57,174 nt of DNA. Origin: Thermodesulfobacteriota bacterium (GTDB lineage: Bacteria > Desulfobacterota > Desulfobacteria > Desulfobacterales > C00003060). The stretch spans positions 1 to 57,174 of the forward strand of contig JAXHVD010000026.1 in NCBI GenBank assembly GCA_034189385.1, given 5' to 3'. Shown piece by piece: positions 32,033 through 42,106 of the stretch (within the stretch, counting starts at the first letter, position 1; each line of letters begins with the position of its first letter). The translations under genes and the position numbers were made by a program. Under the pieces are notes generated by a model. The model saw nothing but the letters and a program-made list of their open reading frames with translations. It was not told the origin of the DNA and ran no database searches.

Positions 32033-32115
32033 CGTTAAACATCCATGCCCTAATGCTGAAAAACTGGTAGAATAACAGGAAGTAATACATGGCATGGGCC
32101 ATCACAAAGGCCCCT

Positions 32116-32430
32116 TGTCACAGAATAACTTGAGACACTGCTGAGACACCTGCTCTTCCGAAAGGAAATATCAGAGATAACCAATTAATATTTCAAATGA
32201 TTACTAGATTCATCAGTCAGCTCGCGTACTGCGCTGCCTCAACATGGGGAATCGTTGACACGTGAGCCGACAGGAAGGGAGTGAAGCGGAAAACCAGCAT
32301 ATTACGCTTTATAACGAATAGTTATGATAATTCCGGAAGGGTTTCGATGAGCCATGGGTTGTTAGGGCATGGGAAGGAAAGTTAACCGAGTGTCTCATGT
32401 TTAAGTATGAGACATAAGTGTTTCATGAGA
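32116..32430. promoter_or_regulatory. Candidate enhancer (UAS) palindromes
   Basis: TGTCACA-N8-TGAGACA (32116), extra TGAGACA (32142), TGTCTCA-N10-TGAGACA (32391-32414), TGTTTCATGAGACA; AT-rich tract near 32180-32205. Confidence 0.5.
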
Positions 32431-34222
32431 CACCTGGAAAATCGGCCAGAAAGCGGTAGAGGGTCGCCCTGCCCACACCCAGCATCCTGGCTGCCTTGGC
32501 CTTGTTGCCTCCACTTCTGGCCAGAGCAGCCTGGACACGTTCCACATCCAGTTTTCGAGAAGGGCCTCTGGGCGGCCGTCCCTCTTGCCATTTCCTCAGC
32601 TCCAGCGGGAGATGGTCTGGCTGAATCGTTCGGCCCCTTGATTTTACGAGGGCAAACCGAATAGCACTCTGAAGCTCCCGGACGTTTCCAGGCCAGGGAT
32701 AATCCATCATGACAGACAAGGCCCTTTTGGAAAAACCAGGGGATTTGAGACCCTCTTCGAGGGCCCTGCCCAGGAGGTGCTCTATGAGAAGGGGGATATC
32801 TTTCCTTCGTTTCCTAAGGGGCGGCATGTGAATAGGGACCACGTTGATACGGTAGTAAAGGTCCTCGCGGAAACGCCCCTTATCGACTTCCTGCTTCAGA
32901 TCCCGATTTGTTGCACTGACGATCCGCACATTCACCGATGTGGTGTTTTCCGCGCCTACCCGTTCAAAGGCCCCTTCCTGGAGGACCCTCAGCAGTTTGA
33001 CCTGAACAAACTGTGGCAGGTCAGCCACCTCATCCAGGAACAATGTCCCCTTATGGGCCAGCTCAAACCGGCCCTTTTTATCCCGCAAGGCCCCAGTAAA
33101 GGCCCCCTTCACGTGCCCGAAGAGCTCGCTCTCCAGGGTCCCTTCAGGAAGGGCTGCACAGTTGACAGGCACGAAAGGGCCTCCACCCCGCCGGCTTTCA
33201 TTGTGGATGGCTGCGGCCACTAGTTCCTTGCCCGTGCCTGTTTCGCCCGAGATGTGGACCGGGTAGTCATTGGTGGCCAACTCACGTATCTGTTGGAAGA
33301 TCCTCTGCATCCTGTAATCATGCCCCACGATGCCGGCAAAGCTTGTGAGCTCACCCAGCTTGATTTGAGAGCCGATGACATCGGTCACGTCTCGAAAAGC
33401 CGCTAGTATCCCCACAAAAGATCCCGTCTCGTCCGTCATGCCAGTAACAGACATCTCGATCCTTCGCGGTTCACCCTTCCTGGTAACAATGTTCAGGGGA
33501 TAGTCAAGATGGGCCAAAGACTGGGGGGCTTCCCCAATAAAGGCGCAGCGCCCGCCGCAAAAGGGTCCTCCAAAGGCCTCGTGGCAGTCCTTGCCCAGGA
33601 CATCTTCCCTGGAATAGCCCGTGATCTCTTCTGCAGCTTTGTTAAAAAACAGGATATGTCTTTCCGTGTCATGGGCGATGATCCCCTCAGTCAGGTTGTC
33701 TAGGATGCCCTCCAGGTTCTTCCTGTCAAAGGTCGCCTTGTACAGCAAGGCAAGGTGGGCCTCGACGAGTTCTTTGAATTTCAGTAGGAGTCTTTCATGG
33801 GACGGTCCGAATCGGTTCTCCTTTGCATCAAGAACGCAGATGGTGCCAAAGACCTCCCCGTCGGGCCAAAGGAGTGGAAAACCAAGATAGGCAATCATCC
33901 CGAGCCTTGTATCCGGGTTCGTAGCCCATTCTTTGTCCTTCAAGGCATTGGCGACGAGCAGTCTGCTCCTATGCTTGATCACCCATTCACAGTAAAGGCC
34001 GGGCAGGCGTTCTCTATCTCCGACTTCATAGGGATTGTTCTGTGATGCGCTTGAGCGGAAGACCTCGATAAAAGGGGGCGCTACCTTCATGATCAGGGCA
34101 GAGGGCACCCCGGCCATCTCTGCCACCGTGTCCACCACCCCCTGCCAACTGGTGATCATATCATCAGTGATAGTGATCTGTTTCTTGTCGATCGGCGGTC
34201 CCATAGGCAATCTCAAGGTCAA
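32423..34222 (-). CDS. Sigma-54-dependent enhancer-binding protein (GAF-PAS-AAA+-Fis HTH)
   Basis: GETGTGKE, ESELFGH, GAFTGA, LFLDE, WPGNVREL, C-terminal HTH. Confidence 0.95.
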   Translation of the reverse strand: MTLRLPMGPPIDKKQITITDDMITSWQGVVDTVAEMAGVPSALIMKVAPPFIEVFRSSASQNNPYEVGDRERLPGLYCEWVIKHRSRLLVANALKDKEWATNPDTRLGMIAYLGFPLLWPDGEVFGTICVLDAKENRFGPSHERLLLKFKELVEAHLALLYKATFDRKNLEGILDNLTEGIIAHDTERHILFFNKAAEEITGYSREDVLGKDCHEAFGGPFCGGRCAFIGEAPQSLAHLDYPLNIVTRKGEPRRIEMSVTGMTDETGSFVGILAAFRDVTDVIGSQIKLGELTSFAGIVGHDYRMQRIFQQIRELATNDYPVHISGETGTGKELVAAAIHNESRRGGGPFVPVNCAALPEGTLESELFGHVKGAFTGALRDKKGRFELAHKGTLFLDEVADLPQFVQVKLLRVLQEGAFERVGAENTTSVNVRIVSATNRDLKQEVDKGRFREDLYYRINVVPIHMPPLRKRRKDIPLLIEHLLGRALEEGLKSPGFSKRALSVMMDYPWPGNVRELQSAIRFALVKSRGRTIQPDHLPLELRKWQEGRPPRGPSRKLDVERVQAALARSGGNKAKAARMLGVGRATLYRFLADFPGVS

Positions 34223-34340
34223 AAGGGCGTGACCACCCTCTCTATTACACTGTTCCTCATAAGGTTTAGGGATTAGCCCTAGCTGAAACCTTGGGGCTTG
34301 TCAAATAGTTGAAAAGGTGGGCCCCTTGGGTCCTCGGTGG

Positions 34341-34910
34341 TCAAGAGAGCGTCTTTAGGATCTGCGGGGCATGTCTGTGAGGAGGATCGGGAATACCTTT
34401 CGGATATCCCACGATGATGGGGGCCACAATCCTACAATCCTTCGGCAATCCAATGGCTTTGACCATCTCCGGGTCTTTGATGTTGGCCCCCAAGGCCACC
34501 CAACAGGTCCCCAAGCCTCTTGCTGCAGCTGAAAACATGAAGTAGGAGGCTGCAAGGGCACAATCGATATGGAGGGTTCCGATCTTCCTCGGGCCCACGA
34601 TGTAGACCAAAGATGGTGCATTGTAAAACACGTTAAAGTCTCTATCCCTGAGCGTCCTTTCGTAACGCTTGATGTGGCCATCGGGATGCTTTTCAAGGTG
34701 CAAGAGGAAGTTCTTCTTGCTTTCCTCTGAGAGCCGTTTGATCCACCCCTTTTCGTTGACGATGATGAACCGCCATGGCTGCTCATTTCCTGAGCTCGGT
34801 GCAAGGCAGGTGTCTCGTATGATCTCCTTGATAAGTTCTACGGGGACCTCCCTGTCCTGAAAGTCCCTGATAGATCGCCTTGTTTTCAGCAGCCCGAAAA
34901 AGTCGGCCAT
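34341..34910 (-). CDS. Nitroreductase family protein
   Basis: TRRSIR.F, APSSGN.QPW, GLGTCW, VGYP. Confidence 0.92.
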   Translation of the reverse strand: MADFFGLLKTRRSIRDFQDREVPVELIKEIIRDTCLAPSSGNEQPWRFIIVNEKGWIKRLSEESKKNFLLHLEKHPDGHIKRYERTLRDRDFNVFYNAPSLVYIVGPRKIGTLHIDCALAASYFMFSAAARGLGTCWVALGANIKDPEMVKAIGLPKDCRIVAPIIVGYPKGIPDPPHRHAPQILKTLS

Positions 34911-35024
34911 ATTTTCCTCCTCTCACTTGTGCGCCCAGTCCACTTTCCCGGAAACCCTCATGGAGCCCGGACGATAGCTTGATGGCCACACTCTCCTTTT
35001 TAAAGGAACTCCTGAGAGACCATG

Positions 35025-35456
35025 CTAGGTGGAAAACTTCGAGGCCGGCATGGCCATCAACGTTATCATGGCCTTGGAGACTGGCTTCTCCTGGCCTTTC
35101 GATACACAGGAGACCTCAGACTCTGAAACAATGATCTTCTTGCCCCTGTTTACGACCTGTGACCGACACAAAATGGCTTCGCCCTTTGCAGGCCTGAAGT
35201 AATTTATCTTGAACTCTATGGTCAGGATACGGGTCTCTTCAGAAACCGTTGTATAGGCCGCATATCCACCAGTATGGTCGGCCATGGTAGCAATGACACC
35301 GGCATGGACAAAACCATCCTGCTGCCTGTGGTCCGGCCCTATCTTCAGTCTTGTTTCAAATGCTCCGTAGGCCACCCGCTCTACTTGAAACCCGCAAAAA
35401 GCGGGAAACCCCTGTACATAGTCTTTTTTCAAAAAATCAAATCTCTTGTTGCTCAT
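35025..35456 (-). CDS. PaaI-family (hotdog) thioesterase
   Basis: QQDGFVHAGV..TMADH, TIEFKIN. Confidence 0.9.
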   Translation of the reverse strand: MSNKRFDFLKKDYVQGFPAFCGFQVERVAYGAFETRLKIGPDHRQQDGFVHAGVIATMADHTGGYAAYTTVSEETRILTIEFKINYFRPAKGEAILCRSQVVNRGKKIIVSESEVSCVSKGQEKPVSKAMITLMAMPASKFST

Positions 35457-35497
35457 GAAGTTCCTTTTACCTTATTGCCAGCGAACAGTATTTAGCA

Positions 35498-35616
35498 TTG
35501 AACCCTCCCCGCGGCAAGCCACGGGGAATCTTCACCGCAAGGATGTTGTCATTTTAACTATACACTCGCTAACCCCGCCGCAAGCAGCGGGGAATGCGCT
35601 CGCTTATTCGGTTCAA
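35498..35616. repeat. Short twin-hairpin MITE/REP-like element overlapping the 3' end of the EEP gene
   Basis: Ends TTGAACC/GGTTCAA; hairpins CCCCGCGGC-AA-GCCACGGGG and CCCCGCCGC-AA-GCAGCGGGG. Confidence 0.7.
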
Positions 35617-36382
35617 ACACGGCTTTCACAGGAAAGTGGTCCGAGGGGTAGGTCCCGTCTAAGGGATCTTGGAACACCTGGCACGCCTTGAGCCGAAGGG
35701 GGCCACCATAGAGAATCCAGTCGATGTAGCCCACTGCTGGCTCTCCAGTGAAGCCGTGGAAGGTGCTGGGATAAGGCTCCTTAAAGGTCTCTTTGAGATC
35801 CAGCCCCCGTTCACTTTGAACCGCCTTTCCCGTGAACCACTGATAACAGGGGCTGTCTGGTGTGGCATTAAAATCGCCCATTAGGATCAAGGGGATCTTG
35901 TCTGAAAAGGGGGACAACTGGGCCTTGATGACCCTGGCGGCTCCCATTTGGGCAGGGGTCTTGAAATCGAGGTGGGTGTTGACACAGATGATGGCGTAGC
36001 TGTTCACCTGAAAGCGCCCGAGGGTGGCCTGCCGCGGGAATTTGCTTCCAAAGGACCGGCTGGGGACAAGAGGCGTCTCACTTAGAAAAAAATGGAGGTG
36101 CTCCTTACAGACAATCGGCTTTCGATAAAAAAGGATGTTGTCCTGCCAAAACTCTGGTGCAGGGTCGCGCCTTCCTATGTGTCCGTAATCGGAAAGGTTC
36201 TGGATCAGGAAATCGCTCTGAAAATGATTGGCTTCCTGGACGGCGATGAAATCTGGCCTTTCTCCTTGAAACAGCTTGACGACCGTTTCTTTGCGGTACT
36301 CCCATCCGTTTAGCCCGTCGTCGGCAAGGCCAAAGCGCAGGTTCAAAGAGAGTATGGAAAGTTCTGCCACGGCGCCTCCCAA
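35558..36382 (-). CDS. Endonuclease/exonuclease/phosphatase family protein
   Basis: SLNLR, VQE, NTHLD, MGDFN, IDWI, SDHFPV. Confidence 0.92.
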   Translation of the reverse strand: MGGAVAELSILSLNLRFGLADDGLNGWEYRKETVVKLFQGERPDFIAVQEANHFQSDFLIQNLSDYGHIGRRDPAPEFWQDNILFYRKPIVCKEHLHFFLSETPLVPSRSFGSKFPRQATLGRFQVNSYAIICVNTHLDFKTPAQMGAARVIKAQLSPFSDKIPLILMGDFNATPDSPCYQWFTGKAVQSERGLDLKETFKEPYPSTFHGFTGEPAVGYIDWILYGGPLRLKACQVFQDPLDGTYPSDHFPVKAVFEPNKRAHSPLLAAGLASV

Positions 36383-36424
36383 GAGTGCAGAAGGGATCCT
36401 TCTTCACCCGTTATGAGTCAGTCT

Positions 36425-37048
36425 TCAGGCCACCCTTTTGTGCGTGGCGCAGAGCAAGGGCACATATCTTCCTATCTCCACTGGGCGCACTCTGAAATTT
36501 TCAAAAGTAATATCATTAAAAGCCAAGTGCTCCTCTTGCCGGACGATGTCAAAGATCTCCAAGTAGTTCAGCAAGATCCTTTCTTCCCACTTCAGGTCCA
36601 GGAGGTTTGAGATGTGACGGATGTCTGCTTTTTCCCCCTCAATCTCCAGAAATGTGCCGTAGGGCATGGTGTCCACAAGAAGCTTGGTCTCTCCCAGGGT
36701 AAAGGTCTCACGCCACTTCTCATAGGCCTGCTCTTCATGAAAGCCAAGGTCTTCCAGAATGGCCCGGCAAGTTTCAAAATCGTCCACCTCGATCTCCAGC
36801 TCACGGTGAATCTTAAAATCCTCGTCAGGGTTGGAAGGGGGCGACTTGAAGGTCAACCTGGCCTTGTCGTCTTTTCTCAGCCTCAACAGCACCCCCCGTT
36901 CCTTGAGGCCCCTTGCCTCATCTTCGAAGCGGATGTTGGCCTCAAAGACCCGGCCGCAGGAAGTGGCGCCCAAGGCCAGGATACGCTCTCGCACCCCGGC
37001 CACATCGCCAAGATAAAACTTCACTTCTATTTCCAGTGGCTCGGTCAT
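36425..37048 (-). CDS. CYTH-domain (class IV adenylate cyclase-like) protein
   Basis: EIEVK, LRLR, LTFK, RELE, YEKWRE, FLEIEG. Confidence 0.9.
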   Translation of the reverse strand: MTEPLEIEVKFYLGDVAGVRERILALGATSCGRVFEANIRFEDEARGLKERGVLLRLRKDDKARLTFKSPPSNPDEDFKIHRELEIEVDDFETCRAILEDLGFHEEQAYEKWRETFTLGETKLLVDTMPYGTFLEIEGEKADIRHISNLLDLKWEERILLNYLEIFDIVRQEEHLAFNDITFENFRVRPVEIGRYVPLLCATHKRVA

Positions 37049-37063
37049 GCTAGACCCCTACAC

Positions 37064-37132
37064 AATGAATCCCAAGATTGCTCACGGAGTGAGCCAATGG
37101 GACTTTTTGCGAAACCCTCTTTGCACAGCGAC
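37064..37132 (+). repeat. Partial copy of the right end of the 13-kb MITE plus flank
   Basis: AATGAATCCCAAGATTGCTCACGGAGTGAGC...ACTTTTTGCGA...TTTGCACAGCGAC matches 13158-13229. Confidence 0.75.
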
Positions 37133-37148
37133 GAGAGGCAAAGGGCGG

Positions 37149-38375
37149 TCACCGGTGCATGTGACTCTCTCTAAAGGTGACTTCAAAGCGCAAGAGCTCT
37201 TCATCCCTGAGGACCTCCAGCACCCCTTTGTCACCAGGTCTTTTCCGGCCTATGGTATAGGTCAAGTCAAAGGTGGCCTCAATGGGCTCCCCATCAAAGG
37301 TCGTGATGATATCTTCTTTCTTAAGCCCCGCCTCTTCTGCAACGGAATTCTTGATGATACTGAATATCCGGACCCCCTCTTCCCCCTCCTTCACCATCAC
37401 CCCGAGATAGACCTTCTGCTCATCGAGGCCTTCATAACGTACCATCCACGCAAAATCCGCTGCCGACAGGGGGATTTCAGGCATGGTCACCTCCATGAGT
37501 TTATGTCGCTTTTCAGGAGAAACCAGCACGGCCGTCGGCAAGACAATGGCATAGGGAAGGGGAAGACGTCGAAAGACCCGCCTGGGGATGCCAAACCCGT
37601 ATTCAACATGCTGCCCCCCTGCAAAAACCACCACCCGTTTGTCTCTGCCTTCTTCGGTAAGAAGATACTCGGCGATGCTTGCAGCCATGGATTCATCCCA
37701 CAACACCTGAACCCTGTAAAAGTCTTCAAAATCCTGTGCTCCCTTTGGGTGTCTTCCGAACACGGCCTCTGTGTGGGCCCGGTGATAGGGATCGTCTCTA
37801 TCCATCTCAGGAAGCCCATGGGCCTCATGGCCCGCCTGCGGGATGGACCCATCTTCCTTCACCTTGTCCAACCAGCCATCAGGGGGGCGGAGGGCCAGCA
37901 GGGGGATCTTCTTCTCCCGAAGGTATCTGAGGATCTCTTCATAGTATTCGAAGTCATTGGTCCAGTCCCCTTGCCAAGTCCTCACAAACTCTTTTTCCTC
38001 CAGATCCCCGGAAGACCACTGATCGGCCATGTCTTGTGAAGATCTCTTCAACATCTCCATGCCAACGGCTATTTCCCCAGGGTCGCGTTCCCAGAGGGCT
38101 GTCAGGATCTCCAGCTGCACCTTGTGTGCATGGATGTTGTCATGTGTTTCACCCACATAGACAATCCGTGCCGCACTCAGTATCTCGATCAACTCCTCTT
38201 TAGAGACTTCCACTCCCGTTGGGAGATGGACAATGTCGCCTTCCTCAAGAGACGAGAAGTCTCTGTACGGTGATTGCCAGTTCAGCTTGTGCCTGGGAGT
38301 GACCATACTGCACCCAGCCAGTGCCATGAACACCACCAGGAGCACCTTCGTCCCTGCCCATTTCATGTAGGTCAT
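37149..38375 (-). CDS. ChaN-family (haem/cofactor-binding) lipoprotein with C-terminal PDZ domain
   Basis: Lipobox LAG-C, VGETHD, GMEM, QVLWDESMA, AGGQH..YGFGIP; PDZ YLGV...AEEAGLK. Confidence 0.85.
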   Translation of the reverse strand: MTYMKWAGTKVLLVVFMALAGCSMVTPRHKLNWQSPYRDFSSLEEGDIVHLPTGVEVSKEELIEILSAARIVYVGETHDNIHAHKVQLEILTALWERDPGEIAVGMEMLKRSSQDMADQWSSGDLEEKEFVRTWQGDWTNDFEYYEEILRYLREKKIPLLALRPPDGWLDKVKEDGSIPQAGHEAHGLPEMDRDDPYHRAHTEAVFGRHPKGAQDFEDFYRVQVLWDESMAASIAEYLLTEEGRDKRVVVFAGGQHVEYGFGIPRRVFRRLPLPYAIVLPTAVLVSPEKRHKLMEVTMPEIPLSAADFAWMVRYEGLDEQKVYLGVMVKEGEEGVRIFSIIKNSVAEEAGLKKEDIITTFDGEPIEATFDLTYTIGRKRPGDKGVLEVLRDEELLRFEVTFRESHMHR

Positions 38376-38402
38376 CGTCCCCTCCTCAAATGGATTGACC
38401 CA

Positions 38403-38431
38403 AAACTATCCCAGTGAGGCCATCATGTCAA
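38403..38431 (-). promoter_or_regulatory. Sigma-70 promoter for the ChaN-PDZ gene
   Basis: TTGACA-17 nt-TAGTTT. Confidence 0.55.
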
Positions 38432-38789
38432 ATCGACGTCATCTCCTCGTCTCTTGCGGCCTTTCCAGTGCCCGGTCCCGTGCTGGGTGCCGGGATCGGT
38501 CCGTCAAAGGGCCGTGCTTTTTCGAGAAATTATAGAAATACAAAGTACTTATAAAAATGCATCCGGCATCAGCGAGGGGACAGATCCGGGCACAAGGAGG
38601 GGTGGGTTCAAGCACCCATGACCTTGGCACCCCCCTAAAAAAGGGGACATATTTGCTCTGCTCACACAAGGGGGGGCCAAAAGCTTGACAAACATGAGCG
38701 GCTGTGTCTTTTATAAATGTTTTCCAAATTCGAACCCATTTCAACACGCCATGATATAGGGATAGACCCACAGACAAGGGGGGCATGTC

Positions 38790-38924
38790 ATGAAACGAAC
38801 GTATCAGCCAAGCAGGATCAAACGAGCAAGGACCCATGGATTCCTTAAGAGGATGTCCACAAAGCAGGGCAGGAGGGTCATCAACCGAAGACGTGCCAAG
38901 GGGAGGAAACGTTTGACGGTGTAA
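38790..38924 (+). CDS. rpmH: 50S ribosomal protein L34
   Basis: Manual translation [44 protein letters not shown]. Confidence 0.98.
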   Translation: MKRTYQPSRIKRARTHGFLKRMSTKQGRRVINRRRAKGRKRLTV

Positions 38925-38939
38925 GAGGACTGAGAGCTT

Positions 38940-39320
38940 TTGGGCGCATTTTCCTTTAAAAAGGCACAACGGATCTTGAAGAGGGATGACTTTAAGAGAC
39001 TATTTGAGTGCGGCAAAAGAATGCACCGGGACCATTTTGTCGTCTATTATTGCCGAAATAGCCTGGGGATCTTGCGCATGGGGGTCACGGTAAGCAAGCG
39101 GGTTGGGCGTGCTGTGATACGAAATCGGGTAAAGCGTCTGATACGGGAGTCTTTTCGTTTGAACAAGGCTCTGTGTGACAACGCCTACGACATGAATATC
39201 ATCGCCAAAACAGGGGCGGCAGATCTGTCGTTTCAGGAAATCAACCAGGCGCTAGGAAACATTTTTCGTGAGATGTCGAAGGATTGCAAGTATGAGGCTC
39301 GTGTTCTTGGTACTCATTAG
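38940..39320 (+). CDS. rnpA: Ribonuclease P protein component
   Basis: [25 protein letters not shown]; synteny. Confidence 0.96.
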   Translation: MGAFSFKKAQRILKRDDFKRLFECGKRMHRDHFVVYYCRNSLGILRMGVTVSKRVGRAVIRNRVKRLIRESFRLNKALCDNAYDMNIIAKTGAADLSFQEINQALGNIFREMSKDCKYEARVLGTH

Positions 39321-39501
39321 GGCATATCAATATATCCTTTCACCAATCTTCTTACCAGCATGTCGCTTCTATCCAACATGCTCCCAATACGCATTCGAGG
39401 CGGTGCAACGCCACGGTGTATGGAGGGGCTCCTGGATGGCCGTGAGAAGAATTTTGCGCTGCCACCCCTATCATCCCGGCGGATTTGATCCCGTCCCTTA
39501 G
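39292..39501 (+). CDS. yidD: Membrane protein insertion efficiency factor
   Basis: [15 protein letters not shown]...RILRCHP..PGG.DPVP. Confidence 0.96.
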   Translation: MRLVFLVLIRAYQYILSPIFLPACRFYPTCSQYAFEAVQRHGVWRGSWMAVRRILRCHPYHPGGFDPVP

Positions 39502-39613
39502 CCGCCAAGGTCCCAAAGGTCGTTCGGTTAACCAAGCAAGCACTTTTCAATGCCCCTCTGTGTTGGGGCGAAGGTCTGTCTAAGGCGGACTGTTAATAGG
39601 GGGAAACGAATTC

Positions 39614-41275
39614 ATGTCCATGGAACTTCGGATGTTGTTGGCCATCGTGTTGTCGTTCTTGATGTTTCTTCTTTATCAGGTCCTCTTCGTAAAAGAGGTT
39701 CCAGTCCCGGAAAAGGACCTCACCAGCCAGAGCGAGGCAGTCAAAGAGGAGGCCCCTGTCGAGGCCGAGGCCGTCAAGGTCCTGGATGAAGAACCGCTCG
39801 TAGAGCAACAGGACGTTCAAGAAGAAGGGCGCCCCGGTCGTATCATCACCGTATCAACACCCCTTTATGTGGCAGAGGTGGCAGAACGCGGCGGCGGGTT
39901 CAAGTCCTTTAAGCTCAAGAAGTACAAGGAATCCCTGGCGCCCGATGCCCCCATGAGAGACATGGTCCGATTGGCAGGGAAGCAAGACTGCACCCCACAG
40001 ATGTCCTTTCACGGCAAGGGGGTTGCCGGCCTGGGGGAGGCCCTTTTCACGGCAGGCATGGACAGCGATCTGCTTGATGTGAGCGATCAGGAAAAGGCCT
40101 TGAGTCTTACCTGGACCTCTTCAGATGGGCTGTCTATTGTCAAGACCTACTCCTTTTCCCCAGAGAGCTATGAAATGGGGTTGGAGATCAAGGTCAGGAA
40201 TCTGTCGTCCAGCCCCATCGAGGAGAACCTGATCCTTTCTCTCAGGGAGATCAAGGATAACGGCGGTTCCAGGTATGTCTTCTCAGGGCCTGCGGCACTG
40301 ATCAACGGCGAACTAGAAGAGATCGAGACCAAGAAGATCGAAAAGAAGGACTCCTACACCGGCCGCATCGGATGGGTGGCCATAGAGGACCAGTATTTTG
40401 CCTCGGCCATCATACCGGAAAAGGTTGAAGAGGCGAGCATCAAGCTTTCCCTGGGCACCAAGGGCCTCCTTGATACGGCATACGTGGATCCTTCCGGGCC
40501 CGTGTCCGTGAAGACGGAGAGGACCTACAAATACGGGCTCTACTTTGGCCCCAAGAGCCTCAAGGACCTTGGCAGTACCGGGTCAGCCCTGAGGAGGATC
40601 CTTGATTTCGGCTTTTTTGACATCATTGCCAAGCCCCTGCTCCATGCCATGAATTTCGTGTATCGGTTCATCCCCAACTACGGCATTGCCATCATCCTCA
40701 TGACCATCCTGGTGAAGATCCTCTTTTGGCCATTGAGTAACAAGAGCTACAAGTCTATGAGCCAGATGAAGAGGCTGCAACCCAAGATGGCGGAAATCCG
40801 GGCCAAGTACAAAAACGACAAGAAGATGATGAACCAGGAACTGATGAACCTCTACAAGGTCTACAAGGTGAACCCCCTGGGCGGTTGCCTGCCCATGGTC
40901 ATGCAGATCCCGGTGTTTTTCGCATTCTATAAGATGCTGTACCAGGCCATCGAGCTAAGGCACGCCCCCTTCTTTTTGTGGGTCACCGATCTGGCAGCAC
41001 CGGATCGCCTTTTTGACCTTGGCTTCAAAGTACCCATGATGGAGCCTCCCTATGGCATTCCTGTTCTCACCCTCATCATGGGAGCCTCCATGTTTATTCA
41101 GCAGAAAATGACCCCGCCGCCAGGTGATCCGACACAGGCCAAGATGATGATGTTCATGCCTATCTTTTTCACTTTCATATTCATCAACTTCCCTTCAGGG
41201 CTCGTCTTGTACTGGCTGGTGAACAACGTCTTGTCCATGGCTCAGCAGTACTACATCAACAAGAAAATGGCTTAA
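39614..41275 (+). CDS. yidC: Membrane protein insertase
   Basis: NYGIAII, SYKSM, NPLGGCLP, QIPVFFAFY, FPSGLVLYW. Confidence 0.97.
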   Translation: MSMELRMLLAIVLSFLMFLLYQVLFVKEVPVPEKDLTSQSEAVKEEAPVEAEAVKVLDEEPLVEQQDVQEEGRPGRIITVSTPLYVAEVAERGGGFKSFKLKKYKESLAPDAPMRDMVRLAGKQDCTPQMSFHGKGVAGLGEALFTAGMDSDLLDVSDQEKALSLTWTSSDGLSIVKTYSFSPESYEMGLEIKVRNLSSSPIEENLILSLREIKDNGGSRYVFSGPAALINGELEEIETKKIEKKDSYTGRIGWVAIEDQYFASAIIPEKVEEASIKLSLGTKGLLDTAYVDPSGPVSVKTERTYKYGLYFGPKSLKDLGSTGSALRRILDFGFFDIIAKPLLHAMNFVYRFIPNYGIAIILMTILVKILFWPLSNKSYKSMSQMKRLQPKMAEIRAKYKNDKKMMNQELMNLYKVYKVNPLGGCLPMVMQIPVFFAFYKMLYQAIELRHAPFFLWVTDLAAPDRLFDLGFKVPMMEPPYGIPVLTLIMGASMFIQQKMTPPPGDPTQAKMMMFMPIFFTFIFINFPSGLVLYWLVNNVLSMAQQYYINKKMA

Positions 41276-41288
41276 TACGGAGGTATAT

Positions 41289-42005
41289 ATGGCGTCTGAA
41301 TATGAATTTGAGGCTAAGACCAAGGAAGAGGCCGTGGAAAAGGCCTGTGAGGAACTGGGCCTTTCAGAGGACAAACTCGAAATTGATGTAATCTCTTATG
41401 GGTCCACAGGCATATTTGGGCTGGTGGGTGTGAAGAAGGCCAAAATAAAGGTCACCGTGCCCGAATCGGAGGAAGCCGAGATCGAGCCCTATCCCCCTGC
41501 CGGAGAGGAAGCAGCAGAAGATGACGTGGCAGAGCTGGCAAAGGAGGCCCTGGAAAACATCATCTCCCACATCGTAGAGGACGCCACCGTCACTGTGGAG
41601 ACCAGGTCTGACAACTTGAGGCTGAAAGTGGAAGGGGGCAACTCCGCCCTCCTTATCGGAAAACACGGCAGGACCCTGGACAGTTTGCAGTATATTGTCC
41701 AGAGGATTGTGCACAAGCAGCGTAAGACCAGGCTCCGGATTTCCATTGATGTGGAAGGATATCGAGACAGGAGAAAGGCCTCATTGACGCAGTTGGCGTT
41801 GCGTTTGGGCGACAAGGTCAAGCGGTCCGGCAAGCCTGCCACCATCAACCCAATGAATGCCTATGACCGAAGGATTATCCATATTGCCCTGAAAGACAAT
41901 GCCGCCGTGAAGACCCAGAGCATGGGCAATGGAACCTTTAGAAAGCTCGTGATCTACCCCCTGAAGAAGCGCAGGCGCCCGGCAAACTCTCAAAAGGCCG
42001 GATAG
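41289..42005 (+). CDS. jag: Jag/KhpB (EloR) RNA-binding protein
   Basis: Jag_N, KH (LIGKHGRTLDSLQY), R3H (MNAYDRRIIH). Confidence 0.93.
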   Translation: MASEYEFEAKTKEEAVEKACEELGLSEDKLEIDVISYGSTGIFGLVGVKKAKIKVTVPESEEAEIEPYPPAGEEAAEDDVAELAKEALENIISHIVEDATVTVETRSDNLRLKVEGGNSALLIGKHGRTLDSLQYIVQRIVHKQRKTRLRISIDVEGYRDRRKASLTQLALRLGDKVKRSGKPATINPMNAYDRRIIHIALKDNAAVKTQSMGNGTFRKLVIYPLKKRRRPANSQKAG

Positions 42006-42106
42006 CTGCCTTGTGCCGGCAGATGCACTGCAGCATTGAATAGCTCTTCTTCCCCCGTTCCTGTGCCCTTTCACTATCGGGGCCAGGCCCCTGAGTCAGG
42101 TGGTCC

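Noticed and set aside
97..38039. Long plus-strand ORFs (e.g. 5860-7002, 15675-16844, 21875-23026, 37047-38039)
   Set aside because: Antisense shadows of well-supported minus-strand genes; no recognisable motifs
38440..38789. oriC next to rpmH
   Set aside because: No dnaA and no clustered DnaA boxes seen
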